This document shows positions 12,964 to 26,377 of a stretch of 64,000 nucleotides of DNA, in pieces. Each line of letters starts with the position of its first letter. Position 1 is the first letter of the stretch. The position numbers were made by a program, and so were the translations under genes. Source of the DNA: Saccostrea cucullata. Its lineage: Eukaryota. The DNA lies in assembly GCF_032062105.1 (NCBI RefSeq), contig NW_026941382.1:1-64000 (forward strand), in the 5' to 3' direction. The notes beneath the pieces were generated by a model that made no database searches, was not told the DNA's origin, and saw only the letters and a program-made list of their open reading frames with translations.

Positions 12964-14052
12964 ATCGAATCTCTGGATATCTTGAAGGATTTTCTCGGTC
13001 TTATCGAGTTCAAGATAACGTAATTTTACAGCAAAAATACACGTATATCGGCGATTCAAACGTAAAAACAGACAAACTATAATTTCAATTCGTGTCAAAT
13101 GCTTAATAAAGCATATTTTTAATAACATCTTTCGTGAAATGAATGAGGTAAAAAAAAAAACAAATTCAAATAAAAATATATATAAGCTCATTTATAAGCT
13201 CATTGGCAAGAAAAAACTTATCTGTCTACATCACATATATTTAAATAACAGACGTTGAAAAACACGTACTGTACAATCATTTCAAAACATAACAAACAAA
13301 AAAGTCAAACAAAAGGCAATATCCATATATACATACAAAATTATGACAATAAAAAAACGTATCCATGTATCCACACAAACTTGGACTACACAAATAAATT
13401 ATTCAAACACGTAACGAAGGAAATTGTAAAAGCAAGCTCTTTCATGTAGTAGCACATTACTTGCATTCGCAGCAATCATCTATCACATAAACATCCGCAA
13501 GTATTATCTATATTATGCATATGTCATTTAATTCAAGGTAATTCAAATGCAAACTCTTCAAATCAATTCAACAGAAAATAAATTTGCTTGTTTTTCTTAC
13601 ATAAACTTGTGAACTGATTTTATATATGTAAAAGTTATGAGTGACATGAAAAAATCTTTTTAGACCCTATTTCATGCAGCAGCTTATTCTGTAAGTTAAT
13701 TTTCGTAAGCATCATTTCACAGTAAATACTGAACATTTTACTTAAACATATGATTTAGATATAAATGTATACATAGTTAACATTTACATAGTATACAGAG
13801 TTAATAACAGATATTCAAGATTTCTAAGATAAGCAAACTTAGTTAAGTTGGATTTCAATCCAGTCCGCATAAAAACTCACTTCATTCGTTCATATTTACA
13901 AAAATACCATTGTTTTTATATACTCGCCATTAATATCAGTTCATTGTTCGAAATGGTTTGTTCCTGTTAATGTATTTGACTTTTCCATTTCACATAAACA
14001 TACTATGTAAATGTCATACGCACAAATAAATATTTCATAATATAATAAGTGT

Positions 14053-17000
14053 TCATAAATGTGAATTTTCTAATTTCTTAAAACTTTTTGGTTCAATAAA
14101 GTCAGAAACATCAACATATGCATGATTGGTATGTCCATTTGCACGTAAATGTCCATTTTCTTCTAACGATTCTTTACTATTTAATTTGGCTTTATTCACT
14201 GGTGGACCTAAAATATAAATTATTGCATGAATCAGAGAAAGGTATTTAGAAATTATCACTGCCTTTAAGTTACTCTAACAACACCCTCTATTCATGTATA
14301 TTAAATAACCAATATAAATCGTCTTTCAAAAAGGTTAATCATGTTACATGTAAAATAAAATTTTAAGAAAATCTCATATCCAAATTAAACAGAATACCAT
14401 TTTCTATTTAATATCAAATCTTTCTTCTTCCTTTTTTTAATTTACAGTAATTAAGTTAGGATAAAAAACATAAATGTACATACCAATGTAGCTTAACAAG
14501 ACCGGTAGAAATATCAATCCATGAGTAGCACCATAAACGACAATTGCTAAGTACATTCTGAAATAAAACACCTGGAAAAGCTGCGATTTTGCGAAGGCTA
14601 GGACTATAATTCCGCCCAATTTTGTCAGCGTAATACCGCTTAATACCTTTAAAAGAAAAAAGTCATAGATATCTCATTAAAAATACAACAATTTATAACT
14701 TATGAATTAGAAACCTTTGAAGGAAAAGAAAGAATGAGATTTTAAATAGATAAACGTACAGAACTGCCCATGTGAGCAACTGCATCTTTTGCTCTTTCGA
14801 CTTTGTCTCCGTGGTTGCTGACGGCGAACGCCCTTGTTATGTGTGCACAAAATTCAACAGATATTCCTACAGCCTGAAAGTATGAATTTTTAAATTCATT
14901 GAGAACATTTTTAAAATTATAAATCCTACCTGTATGAAATAGTTTAAAATGCAAGATACACATTACATCATTCAGACTTTAATGAAGCATACATACAGTC
15001 TTGAATCGTTCAAAGGTAGAAAGTGAGTTTTTATTTTTCAAAATTGAAACATTCCGGGTTATATGCCACTACTAAACTGAAATTTCTAAACATGATTTTA
15101 GAAAACCTTACCATAACAAGGTTGACCAATGAAACGGCATTTATTGAGATGTTCCACAAGGACATAAATCCTAGAATGTCAATCACTATCATAGTTATGG
15201 TCATGACCACCATCAAAGCGGAAATGATGTCAAATCCCAGTAATACAAAGGTCACAACAAAAATGGCGGCAACACATATACACAAGTTTTGTACCGTATC
15301 TTCAACAATCGTCAAGTATTGCTCGTAAAAGACGTAGAATACGCTAAAAATACAAGAAAATGAATCAAAAAAGAAAATTTAAAGAAGATGAAATGTTGAA
15401 TGGGACATTTTTTAATAAAAAAGGGAACGTAAGATACTAAATTCTAAAATGATTTTACATGTATTTACCTGTACGGAAAGACTTTAGTCGAATTCCCTCC
15501 TGTTTTTAATTTTAACATGGTCGTCATATTGTCTGCTACTCTCCTTGCTTCTAATAATCCAGTGATGTAGTCCTTGCTTTCTTTCATTATGGAGTGATAA
15601 GTCATGAAATAAGTGGCTGAGAAGGGATAAAATAGAAAACGGTACAGTTACTAAAAAGTTAATCAACATGAACAAAATGTCACTCACGCGTGGTCATTCT
15701 GTAATAATATCGAATATTCCTACCTCCAACGGCCTTTTTATCATTTTTCAGATTTACTGCGCTCCCATATGCGGCATGCCCCCTAATTTAAAATAAAATG
15801 AATTTAATCATAATGTCATAGAAGACCTATGATAGTATGAATGAACACATTTATGATGAATATATGAAGAGGCTTTGGTATAAAGGAATAAATCATTACC
15901 CCTTTGCACATTTTATCCCTGGATTGTCTTTTAAATACCAAGGTAAAAATTTCATAAAGTCTTGAGAGACAGGCCGGCCATCAACAGTTTCACGAACAGG
16001 ACACGTTAGACAACTTGTGTTATCCACTGAAACATATTTGAAGTGTGTTAATAAAAGTTTTACATTCATGCATGATAATTGTTATATATGCCTATAAGTT
16101 GCAATAGATATAATCAGGAACCGTATTAATTTCCTGAATAAATTACCTGTGGCTGCACAGAAATCTCTGGAGTTGTTGTAGATCCGACAACATGGGGGAT
16201 CTCCACCAGGTCTTAACCAATCAAAATAGTCGTCTATCCATGCCGACGTCGGGTGAGCAATATAAGTGCTAAGAACAAGGTTAATTTTTTTAATATATGA
16301 GAAATAGCTGATACTTTTCATTTTAATTAAAAAAAAACAGGGTCATGTATGACCCAAGTCTTTTTTTAAATAAAAGTTTCGTTTATCATGCAGTTCATTT
16401 TGCTTTTACCCTCAGTTTATGAATCATGTGTTAAATAATAAAAAAAAAAGTACAAAAGAGTTTTAAGTGTATAAAAGTTTACTCACTATTTGGCTTGTTT
16501 TGCAGCTGTGCTAATCTGACCCGCCACGGAATCCTCGGGACAACCTGTGGCCCCGCAGACCAAGTTCTGACCTTCCTTTGTTGTGTAATCTACACCGTCC
16601 TCAACAACAAAGTACACCGGGGCCCCGACATGTAAGTACTCACTCAGGTTCCCGAAATAGTCAAGTACATACGAGTCCTATTTTAAAGAAATCATTTACT
16701 AAATGGTCAGTTAATATATTACATAGAACTACATGGATATAACGAACAGTATTCAAGCTCAAAAGTCCACTTAACAATACAAACAAGAGCAGAGTTAACA
16801 CGGATCTTAAAACACTGACAAGGTATTCTTTATTTTTCTCTTTTCAAAAATGGTATATTCCAGTCGTAACAAAAGTGAATACTGAGTATCTCCTGTTAAT
16901 ACTCACATCTGGCATGGAAAGCTTTTGATCAAGCCCAATCTCTATTTTATGAATCTGAGATACGCTGAAGCAGAAATATCCAACAAACACTATCATCTGG

Positions 17001-20000
17001 AGTTGAAAAAAAATGTATGAGGGGATTTTAAAAATCTTTTTTTTATTTTATATATATGTATGTATCTGAAAACAATTAACATAGCAAAAGGCGAATCTTA
17101 CCACCACTGGTCGAACAACTTTGGAAAGCAAGGCCTTTGAATAAAAGTTTTTGAATACTTTAAAATGAATTCCTTCAGAGTTTCTTTCTTTCTTTGTTTT
17201 ATCCAGTTGTACACAACAGCAAATATCCAGTCTACTGCTCTAAAATTGACAAATAAATATGGATAGTTTTTTTTACATATATTTTCGTTATGGAAAATAA
17301 ATGTTCTGATGCAGTTTGTTATAGGAAAAACTAGTTTACTTACTTCTTCTCTTTTGGCATCCAAAGTCATAATTGCAACAAAAACAGTTATTTGAAACAG
17401 GAAATCTAATAAAACTGCCATGGCTGAGTACAGTGAAAATACTCGCACTGCTGGCATATCAGTCAGAGCACCTACAAAGAAAGATGGAATCGATCATATT
17501 TTGGTAAATTTCAATGCCTTTTAGTTGTGTTAGAAGGATATTGATTAAAAGTATCCTTAAGGTTATCATTCCAAAAAAAAAAAATACCCACCCAAGAAGA
17601 AAGCAAGTGATTCAGCACAGCTGGCCAGAAGCATGCTTGGTCCAACTTTCCCCAGGACTCTTCCGATTCTGTCCTCAAGCTCCTCACCAACATGTGCTTC
17701 ATCTCTCTGTAGAAGAAACATCATGTATAAAAACTGGATATTGAGCGTGATTTAAACCTTTCTAGACAACTGAGAGTTTTTTTACTTAATGTTCACGAAG
17801 AACAATTCTACAATACAGATAATCAAGCTAGTGCTGTAGATACCTGGAAAGCTTGTACAAGGATGAAGATGTTGTCGACTCCAACAGCCAAAACCAGGAA
17901 AGGAACAACTTCAATGATGATTAGTGTGGCAGCAACTCCACAGTAGCTGAACAGACCCAGGGACGAGGACACAGATAGCAGTACAATGCAAACTCCACAC
18001 AATCCAAGGCTCGTTTTGGAAGTAATCTGGAGAACATTGTATAAAGAAACTGAATGACATCTGGTTTAGAAATAAAATTAGGATACATTTTTGAAAAAGT
18101 GCGTAAGAGATGTAGGATGCCCAAAAACTGTAAAAATGTCATGCAGTTATTGATAAGTTGAAAGGCATTATATCTAGGATAAATATACATGTAATCTTGT
18201 ATTATTAAATTTAATTCTTTGGTTGCTCAGTTTTATTAACATAAAATACTAACGGTATGCTTACATTATTTAGTAAACAACACTGACAAAGGAATGGGAA
18301 ACTTACAAAGCATCTTGAGCATTGTCCAAAGTTCCCCAGTGTTATACTGATATACCCAAACATGACTATGTAACTAATAACTATCGTCCAAACATCTGAA
18401 GCACTCTCACGCTGGATTTCATCTTCAATGGAACGCTACGAAAAAGAAAGAATGGCTAATTTATATTTACACAGAAAAAGTGGAAGAAGTATGAGAAACT
18501 CGCGGAAGCCTTTTTTATACTGCAAAAAGTTTTATAATTAAATTTTGATGCGTAACAATCTTTTCCTCGATAAGTGGGTAAGAACAATTAAGAATAAATA
18601 ACAGATCAAAGGAGGATTTTCTACAAAATAAATGACATTATCATTTATTATTAATCCTACCTCAGCTGAATAAGCAATGATCATATCAGGGTCGGAGTAG
18701 TTCTTCATGAAATTTAGAAATTCTTTCTCCCAAGCCTTAGCTTTTTCATTCTGTGCTTCATCGACGTGGTTGTTAACAACGAAAGTGATGACCATTGCGG
18801 TGGATTCATTGTAATTCTCACCTGTCGGGAAAAATGGTAGGTAATTTAGAAAAGAATTCAAAACTCTGATTATCCTTGTAAAACAACATGCTCGATGGAA
18901 GATTATTTACTTGTTTCGGTAATGATAATAATTGAGTAGCTGTTTTTACGTTTGTTTAATTGTTGACAACTAGCATTTACCTGTGAATCCTCCAAGAGAT
19001 ATCCACGGAAAGATTGGCTGTCCACTGGCTCCTAAACATGACATGTCTAGATGGTGCTGGTCTGATACAGACGCCGGAGCTCTGCAAGTTAGTTATTGTA
19101 TATAAAATAAAAGTGAGCTTAAAATGAAATTGCCATTTCGGTTCTTGATTATGGAGGTTCTATTACAGTGCAAGACTATGCAATAAAGATTTTGACACTT
19201 ATTGTGATTTCTTAAAGATTAGGGTCTCGCACATTACCTACATTTAATTTCCAAACTATAAATCTTAAATTTCCTTTCCTTCTTTTGAGAGATATTTTTT
19301 CAATAGGTATACGTCAACTATAATATATGTTTAATAAAAAAATATAATGGGTCAGTTATGTGTCTTTCTGATGTATCCCATACCTTGCGCAATCAGAGAA
19401 ATGATCCAAGTAGTCTCCTTGTAGAAAGGTATGTGTATATTGATCATATTTGATTTTATCTAGCCTTGTATGGTTGTTCTGCCAATATTCCAGTATACTT
19501 TGAATTGTACATTGAGTATTGTCAGGGGCCAGGGGCTGAAAACAGATGTCCTGAAGTGTCACTTTCTTTCCTTTGTAGTATGCTTGTATATTCTGAATGC
19601 TTAGCTGAAGATCCAGAACCTGAAATTAATATATTATGACATTATTACATTCGAAATCTCTCTCTCTTTCTGTATATTTGGGCCTCTGTTATTTGTATAC
19701 CTTAGAGTCATTCATACATAAAACGAACCTTGTGTAGAAAGGCTTTATCGAATATAGAGGTGTAATTCCAGTAAAGACCATATTGCATTCCAGGGACTTC
19801 GTGTCTGACACCTGTAGCGTTTTCGGGTCGTGTGATGATTAGTTGCTCGGTCCGATAAAATGGTCTGCAATTTAAAATTCAATATATCTACGACACATGT
19901 AGAAAATAAGTGTACTTCTTCTCAAAACTTCTACTATTTATCTTAATTTCAACTATAAATATGAATATTCAAATTTTGAATCCTTTGTTAAAGAAAAAGA

Positions 20001-23000
20001 TTTACCCAAAATGGTTGTCGAAGTAATTCTTTTCGAGTCTGGCCCTGCTCTTTTCAGCTGACCAAAGCTTTACTGGACTTGTGGTCACTTTGAACATCAC
20101 TATTCCAACAGAAAAGACAGCTCCCAATATGATGCCAGCAACGATTATCTTTAAAGGATTCAAAGCACAAAACCTGCCCCAACGATTGAAATTGCTCTCC
20201 AAACTCCTTTCCATCCACAAACCCCATTTCTGAAAACAATTTCCTTTTGGTTCTTCCTTGAACGCCTCCTTCTTCTCTGTTTTGTTTTTACCAACAATAT
20301 ACACATCAGTGTCTCTATTTATTTGTTTTTCCTTTTCACCAGAGGTTCCACGTTTATAAAAGAAAGAAACTGTGACAAAGAGGATGAAAAAGAAAGAAAA
20401 CACGATGAAGGTAACGAGTGATGCAAAAAACCAACAGTCCACTCCGTCTATAGTACACGGTATTTTGGGCTTTGGAGGGGGCGGGAGGGGAGCACACATA
20501 GATTGGCAATCTTGACAACTGCATGCTGACAAGTTCCCATATTTTTTGTAACAAGGGGTTGTACTGTAGTTCATTGGATGGATATCAGCTGTTGAAGTGT
20601 TTTGTATGTGATAATTGATGGTGAATGGGGTTTGTCCATTGGCAGTAGAACCCATGAAGTCCAACCAGTTCTGCACAGTGCAATCAGCGGCAGGTTTTCC
20701 ACAGATGACGTCTAAGGCTTTTGCGTTTGTACTTGGCATTTGAACATCTTTGCAGGAATTGTACATTCCGTATACGTAATCTTCACTCACATGGTAATCC
20801 ACCGCCGTTATTATTTCACGTGGATCGGTGGGGTTAAATATATTTTGCATCTTTGCCTTTACTTTGACAAAGTCTGCTTGGTTGGGATCGCACGTGAAAT
20901 AGCAAAAGAGGTATAGAAAGTTATAGTAACAAGAAGGACATCGGAGCAAAAGCTGTTCTGGCACACCCATGTTCTTCTTGAATGATCTCAGTTGGTCCAA
21001 GTCGCAGCATGTTAATGGTTGATCGCCTGAAAACAGGTTTTCATGAAATTAACTTTTGAAAAATTGAATCATTGTACCTGATTTTTGAATACATTCTCAT
21101 ATTTTGATCCTTTTAATAAGTATAAATTTGAGTTCATGTTTTAGAATACATTTTTATTCATATTTTTTAAATTTCGATAATTTAAAGAAAAGAAATCGAA
21201 TGAATTTACTTTCTTTAATATTTTTGTTTCTATAACTTTTATTTCATTTCGATCTATAGATGCAGCATGAAAACCATAGTATTTTATGGATTTGGAAATA
21301 TTCAATTTTCTTTTCTTTTTTTGAGAACCGATTGCATAATAAAATTTACCTATAAAATACATTGAAAAGTAAACTTTAGAATCAAATGTTGTCGCAAACC
21401 TAAATATAGCACGAAATTTAATAAATTTTATTAGATGTAAGTGGTAGTGATATTGCAAAATTTTATCACATTTGCTTGTCAACATTAATTATATAATATA
21501 AACACAAGTAGGCGGAAAACTTATATGATAACTGCACATGCATTTTACATAATATATCTCTCAGATTTTAAAAATTGATAAAAGTGTACATGTATAAATA
21601 ATGATAAGTGTCTGTCGATGAATATTGAAAGAATCTTTCGCCTTTAAAATATACTAATCTGTTTTGACTACTTCCATCAAGAGACGTAGGTCAAGGAGAC
21701 CGTCCCCTAAAAGTAGTTGTCTTTTTTATCATTTTAATCTTAATTTGAAAATGGAAGTAGAAGAAATATCTGCGCATAATAACCAAATTTGACACAATAC
21801 TAAGCGCTTGACATATCGAATGGAAAACAAAGAGGGTCAAAATTTCAAAATTCGTAATTCAATCATCTGCGATTACGAAACTCACTTGTGACCAGATTTG
21901 GACAGTATGTCCGCAGAATGTCAAGCCCCTCTGTTTCGTTCATTACTTTTGGTGATCCTTCATATTTACAGTTCAAATTTCCTGTGGGTCTGGCGAGACA
22001 TTCCCCATACATGGAACATTTGCCGGAATTCTGAAATTATAAAGTAACTGTACTGTATTTTGTTTGTCTTAAGGACAGATGATACAAACACTTTTTAGGA
22101 GACTTAATATTATGTAACAAGTTTAGAAAAGTGAATTCTAAGAATTTTTTCTCCTTGGACTTGGAAAATGAAATACATGTAGACTGATTTGTCAATATTT
22201 GATATTTTATTGAGATATTAACTAAGATTTTACAACTCTATTGTTTTTTTTCAAGTCCAAGGAGAAAACATTTAAAGAATTACCTACATTTCTAAACCTT
22301 TGACATGATATTAAGTCTCCTTAAAAAAAAACAACTGTTTGTATCATCTGTCCTTTATGTGTAGGATGAAACGTGGAAAAGTCATTTTCTCTTGTAACAA
22401 TGCAGTAGCACCAATGTTCTGAGGTAAAAGGGTTTCATATCTACATGTAAAAGAATTTGCGTTTTATTAAATCTCGTATATCATCTAAATGTTTTTTTAA
22501 TATGAGACCTCATAAGCCGGACATAATCTATGAGCTATATTACCTGTTATTAAGTAAGCGCAATTGACACTCGATGATATATATTCGAAGTCTGGCCTTT
22601 TTTTTATACGATTATCTTAACTTTGATTTTATTTTGAATAATTTTATCTGCCATTGGCCTGTCATTCCCTTTAACTCGGTCATTTTTAAGGTTAAGACGT
22701 ACTAACTTATCGAATTCCAGAGTTAACTGATAAATATTCTTCGCTTGAAAATGTTACTTCGCAGTTTTTACTATTCCAAATGATTTAGGTTTTGACAAGG
22801 GTTTTGAAAAATCTGTTTTAAAGAAAACACAAAATTCTTTTTAAAATATTTAATGTATATTTCATATTTTCATTTTTCTTCAATCCGAATTGTTATCACA
22901 CTAAAACATGATATTGAAAATATAGTATTAAAACATTATAAGAATACTTTAAGACTCGTCAAAAATTTATTTTTTAAAATTGTCTGCAACGTTCATTTAT

Positions 23001-23331
23001 CAATTTTTCAGACGGAATTTAAGTATTTGTTTTCGAAGACTTTCCCGTATAAAAGTATTCATTCTAAAATTATTAACCTGTTTCATGTTTGATTGTTAAT
23101 ATTTTCTCTAAAATACAACTATTGACGAAAGACTTCAAGTCTACACTAAAAATATTTTCTCAATATTATTTTTTAAAAAGACACCAAGGAAGTAAAGGAG
23201 TATCTACCTGACAATTGGTAGTTATTAATCAATCGAAATTCAACATGTTCTCTTCAACAATCCCTTACCTGTGCAAAAGTGCATTTCATGAACACCAGAA
23301 CAATAGAATATCGTAAATATTCTTTCTTCAT
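14053..23331 (-). CDS. NPC1: NPC intracellular cholesterol transporter 1-like, paralog A; complete, 22 coding exons, ~1318 aa
   Basis: Exons (GT-AG, phases consistent, total 3957 nt): 23331-23269, 22030-21886, 21026-20006, 19864-19729, 19619-19384, 19081-18981, 18821-18661, 18435-18307, 18026-17844, 17706-17592, 17471-17344, 17239-17102, 16996-16907, 16677-16487, 16268-16147, 16026-15900, 15782-15724, 15616-15469, 15343-15112, 14873-14760, 14646-14484, 14207-14053. Signal peptide, Cys-rich NTD (CSMYGEC, CCD, RCPSC, NGQTPF, CSCQDC), [16 protein letters not shown], sterol-sensing domain ([11 protein letters not shown]), [27 protein letters not shown]. Confidence 0.95.
22073..22353. mobile_element. 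Fold-back MITE in intron 1 of NPC1-A (Kolobok-like by flanks)
   Basis: ~100-bp imperfect inverted arms ggacagatgatacaaaca...ctccttggacttg / caagtccaaggag...tgtttgtatcatctgtcc, flanked by TTAA and TTTA. Confidence 0.75.
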
Positions 23332-23869
23332 AGTTGTCTTTGTTAACGCTACAGCATCCATAAATCAAAAAATGAAGAATAACATGTGAACAGTGTGTTT
23401 TCTCGATCTTTGTCCTCAAGACCTATATCGTACGATGGTGTGACACATGGAGTGGACTGACACTATGAATGGGTTGATCTAAGGGGAAGGTAGTTTGAGT
23501 GGAGGCGATAAGAGCACCACATTAGCAACATGATTATTCCGATTTGTTTGTTTTGGTGTCGTCATTGGAGTAGACTTGGGAGGAATTGGATAACTTGGGA
23601 GGTCAAAAATATGCGGTCAATGGAATTGTTCTACATTTTTCCTGTATATGTATTGGTCGATTAAAAAAAGTTCTTTGACTAAATTTTACCAAAACTGAGA
23701 GACAGTTTGTTTGCTTTTCTTAATTAGGTGATTAGTTTTATTGTTTCAAAACGTAAAACATTTACAGAGTCCCGTGTATTTCCGGTCATGTTTCTGTAGC
23801 ACTTTGAATTAAAATTATAAAAAGAATAGCAGCATTTGAGAATAATTGAAAATAACACCACTTTTTTGA

Positions 23870-23922
23870 TTGTTTGTTTGTTGTTTAACGTCCGTCTCGA
23901 GATTTTTTTACTCATATGGAAA
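23870..23922 (-). mobile_element. SINE 3' tail fragment
   Basis: ttgtttgtttg...gtccgtctcgagattttttactcatatgga resembles the 3' end of the SINE at 10880. Confidence 0.5.
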
Positions 23923-26377
23923 TAGTACAACGTATTGTTTTTACGAAATGCCTTACATAGATAAATGTATATTAAACACGCTCTGTCGCTAGAGATGATG
24001 AGGCAATCAAATATTCTAATTAAACAGACGAAAAATATTTCATTTATTTATTTCTTTTTTCTATCAAATCATTTCATATTAAGATTTTTTTTTTAAGAAA
24101 AAATACATGTATATGAAAAATGTGAAGATGGACATTATTTCAAAAAGGTAGGATTTTTACACTGTCAATATTTAAATATTTGATTTATATTACATGTATT
24201 TTTACTGTCACAGAAAACACCTGCAAGGTGCAAGTTGGCCTTTCTGGTCGAAATCTTGTGTCCTACTCAACAATAAAACATGTATGAGGCTTCCAATTTT
24301 TTTTATTTCAATGGAAGGATTTTGAATCCTTGCGAGAGAGGAAAAATTAGAATTGTTGAAAATTATGTAGTTAAAAAATAATAAACTTGTCTGAGGAATC
24401 ACACGAATTGCTTATGACATCGATCCATCGATATCAAAAATTCTGTTTCTAGCGAGAATCAATAACACTTCGGACAAGAAGAGACACCAAGAAAGGGGAT
24501 ACAATATTTTAATTCTGGAATTAGTGAAGAACACTGTGAACGATCAATTGTGATGGCGATTGAGGTTTTCTTATCTAGAAATTTTCTTTCTCTTGTTTGT
24601 TCGATGCATGGAATGTTTTGTTTCTGAATACAGAATAGTTTTCTTATTTTACATTGTAGATTCCAACCCCCAACAATTAATTGCTCCTAATTATTTAATT
24701 ATATTTTTTATGCCATATTTTGATTTTCTTTCTCATTTATATTAATCATTCCAGCACCGTGAAAATGAATAATTCACAAATTCTTTACAATTTATTAAAA
24801 AGAAATAAAGAAAAGAAAAAAAAAAACAACTTGTCATCTCAAATTATCATCTCAATTAAGAGATAACGAAGGATATGGAGATAACAAACAGTATAAAGAC
24901 AATAATTTTTAAAAGGGATGTTAAATTTCTTTTTTAAAAACACCCTGATAATTGCTAATTACAACTATGCTCTTTTATCAATGAATCGGCAAAATACCCA
25001 AAGTCTGGGATATCTAATAAAAATTTTACAGCAATACAGCAAACTCGAAACATGTGTAAATAATTCCATTTATAAGGAAACTCATTCACACAAAATAAAA
25101 TCATGTAGCAAATAGCATTCATCAAAATAGCGCCACATTTCCTTTAATTTGCTTGCAGTAACCGTGAACTTAATTCACGATTTTTTACTTAGATAAAATG
25201 ACAAACATTCCATTTTTTACGGGGAAAACTATAATTACTGAAGAAGATTGAGGCACTTGGTTCTTATCTATCAATAGAACCTAGCTATAGGGAAAACAGG
25301 GTGCAAATAGAACCATACCCAGTACCTGTGTCAAAAGAAACTACATATGTATAGATGTACATACCTACCGTCAGTGCGAACTTAGATGTAAAAACCAATC
25401 CAATCATTTTTTGACATCGAGTACAAGGAAAACCTATTTATCCCTTGTAAGAACAGTATCATGCACGTTACATGTACATATAATATTTCTTTAAATATCA
25501 TAATTAAGTCATTTTCAATCATATTTAGACATATGTAAACCTAGGCATTGCAGAATTAAATTTGTTCAAATCATAACCCCAAGAAGTGGAAGGAGGGGGG
25601 CAAAACAAATGGTCAAAGATTGGCGTAAAAATATATAAGATTCACCTTGAAAAAACTGTTCTGCTCAAGAACAGTAAAGCCATGATTAATAATATTGATA
25701 TGGAAGCATCCTTAGGTTGTGTAAATTTAAGTCCTCCGTAAACTTTTAATAATGAGCTGGTATCTGCTATTTCCTACCCAAAGTATAGCACAATTTGTAA
25801 AAGTATTTCCTAAAAATTACTGAGAATTATTCGTGAGATGATTTTCAAAATGCTTTAAATAAAAATATATACAGGTTGAAAATAATTTTTATCAATTGAC
25901 AATATTTGCCATTTCCATATTTTGTTCGCAGTTTTCATGAATAACGTTTTCTTTTCTTTGTATACTTCCTGTTGATTTTTTTTATTCAAAATTTGTGCTT
26001 TTGAAAAAATAAAGTCTATTGAAGATAAATATTATGAAAAAAAGCCAAACTAGCGATACCTCTGAAACACTAAGTATTCTATTGTCTACTACTGACTCAC
26101 GTGGGACAAAATATTGAAAAGTTAATGATATTCGGGAAAGGGCGGGAAATGATACCTCATTTTTTTTTCTAAACTGGATGTTGTTATTCATGAGCAATTA
26201 TCCAAGTCCTCTTTGCTATGTGAATTTTGGTATACATGTAATTGGCCTACAAACTCTTAAATTTTCCTTTTCTTTTTTTTCTTCTTTAACATTTACTTCC
26301 AAACAATACGAAGTAGATGGTAAATGCCCAGTGTTTCAGAAATTTTGCAAGATTTTTCAATCCTTGCTAATAGATAG

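Noticed and set aside
12828-13191. ORFs with IYIYIY runs
   Set aside because: Translation of the (TA)n microsatellite.
23490-23620. SRE-like (atcgcctccac, minus strand) and AGGTCA/CGGTCA nuclear-receptor half-sites upstream of NPC1-A
   Set aside because: Imperfect matches with non-canonical spacing, expected by chance.
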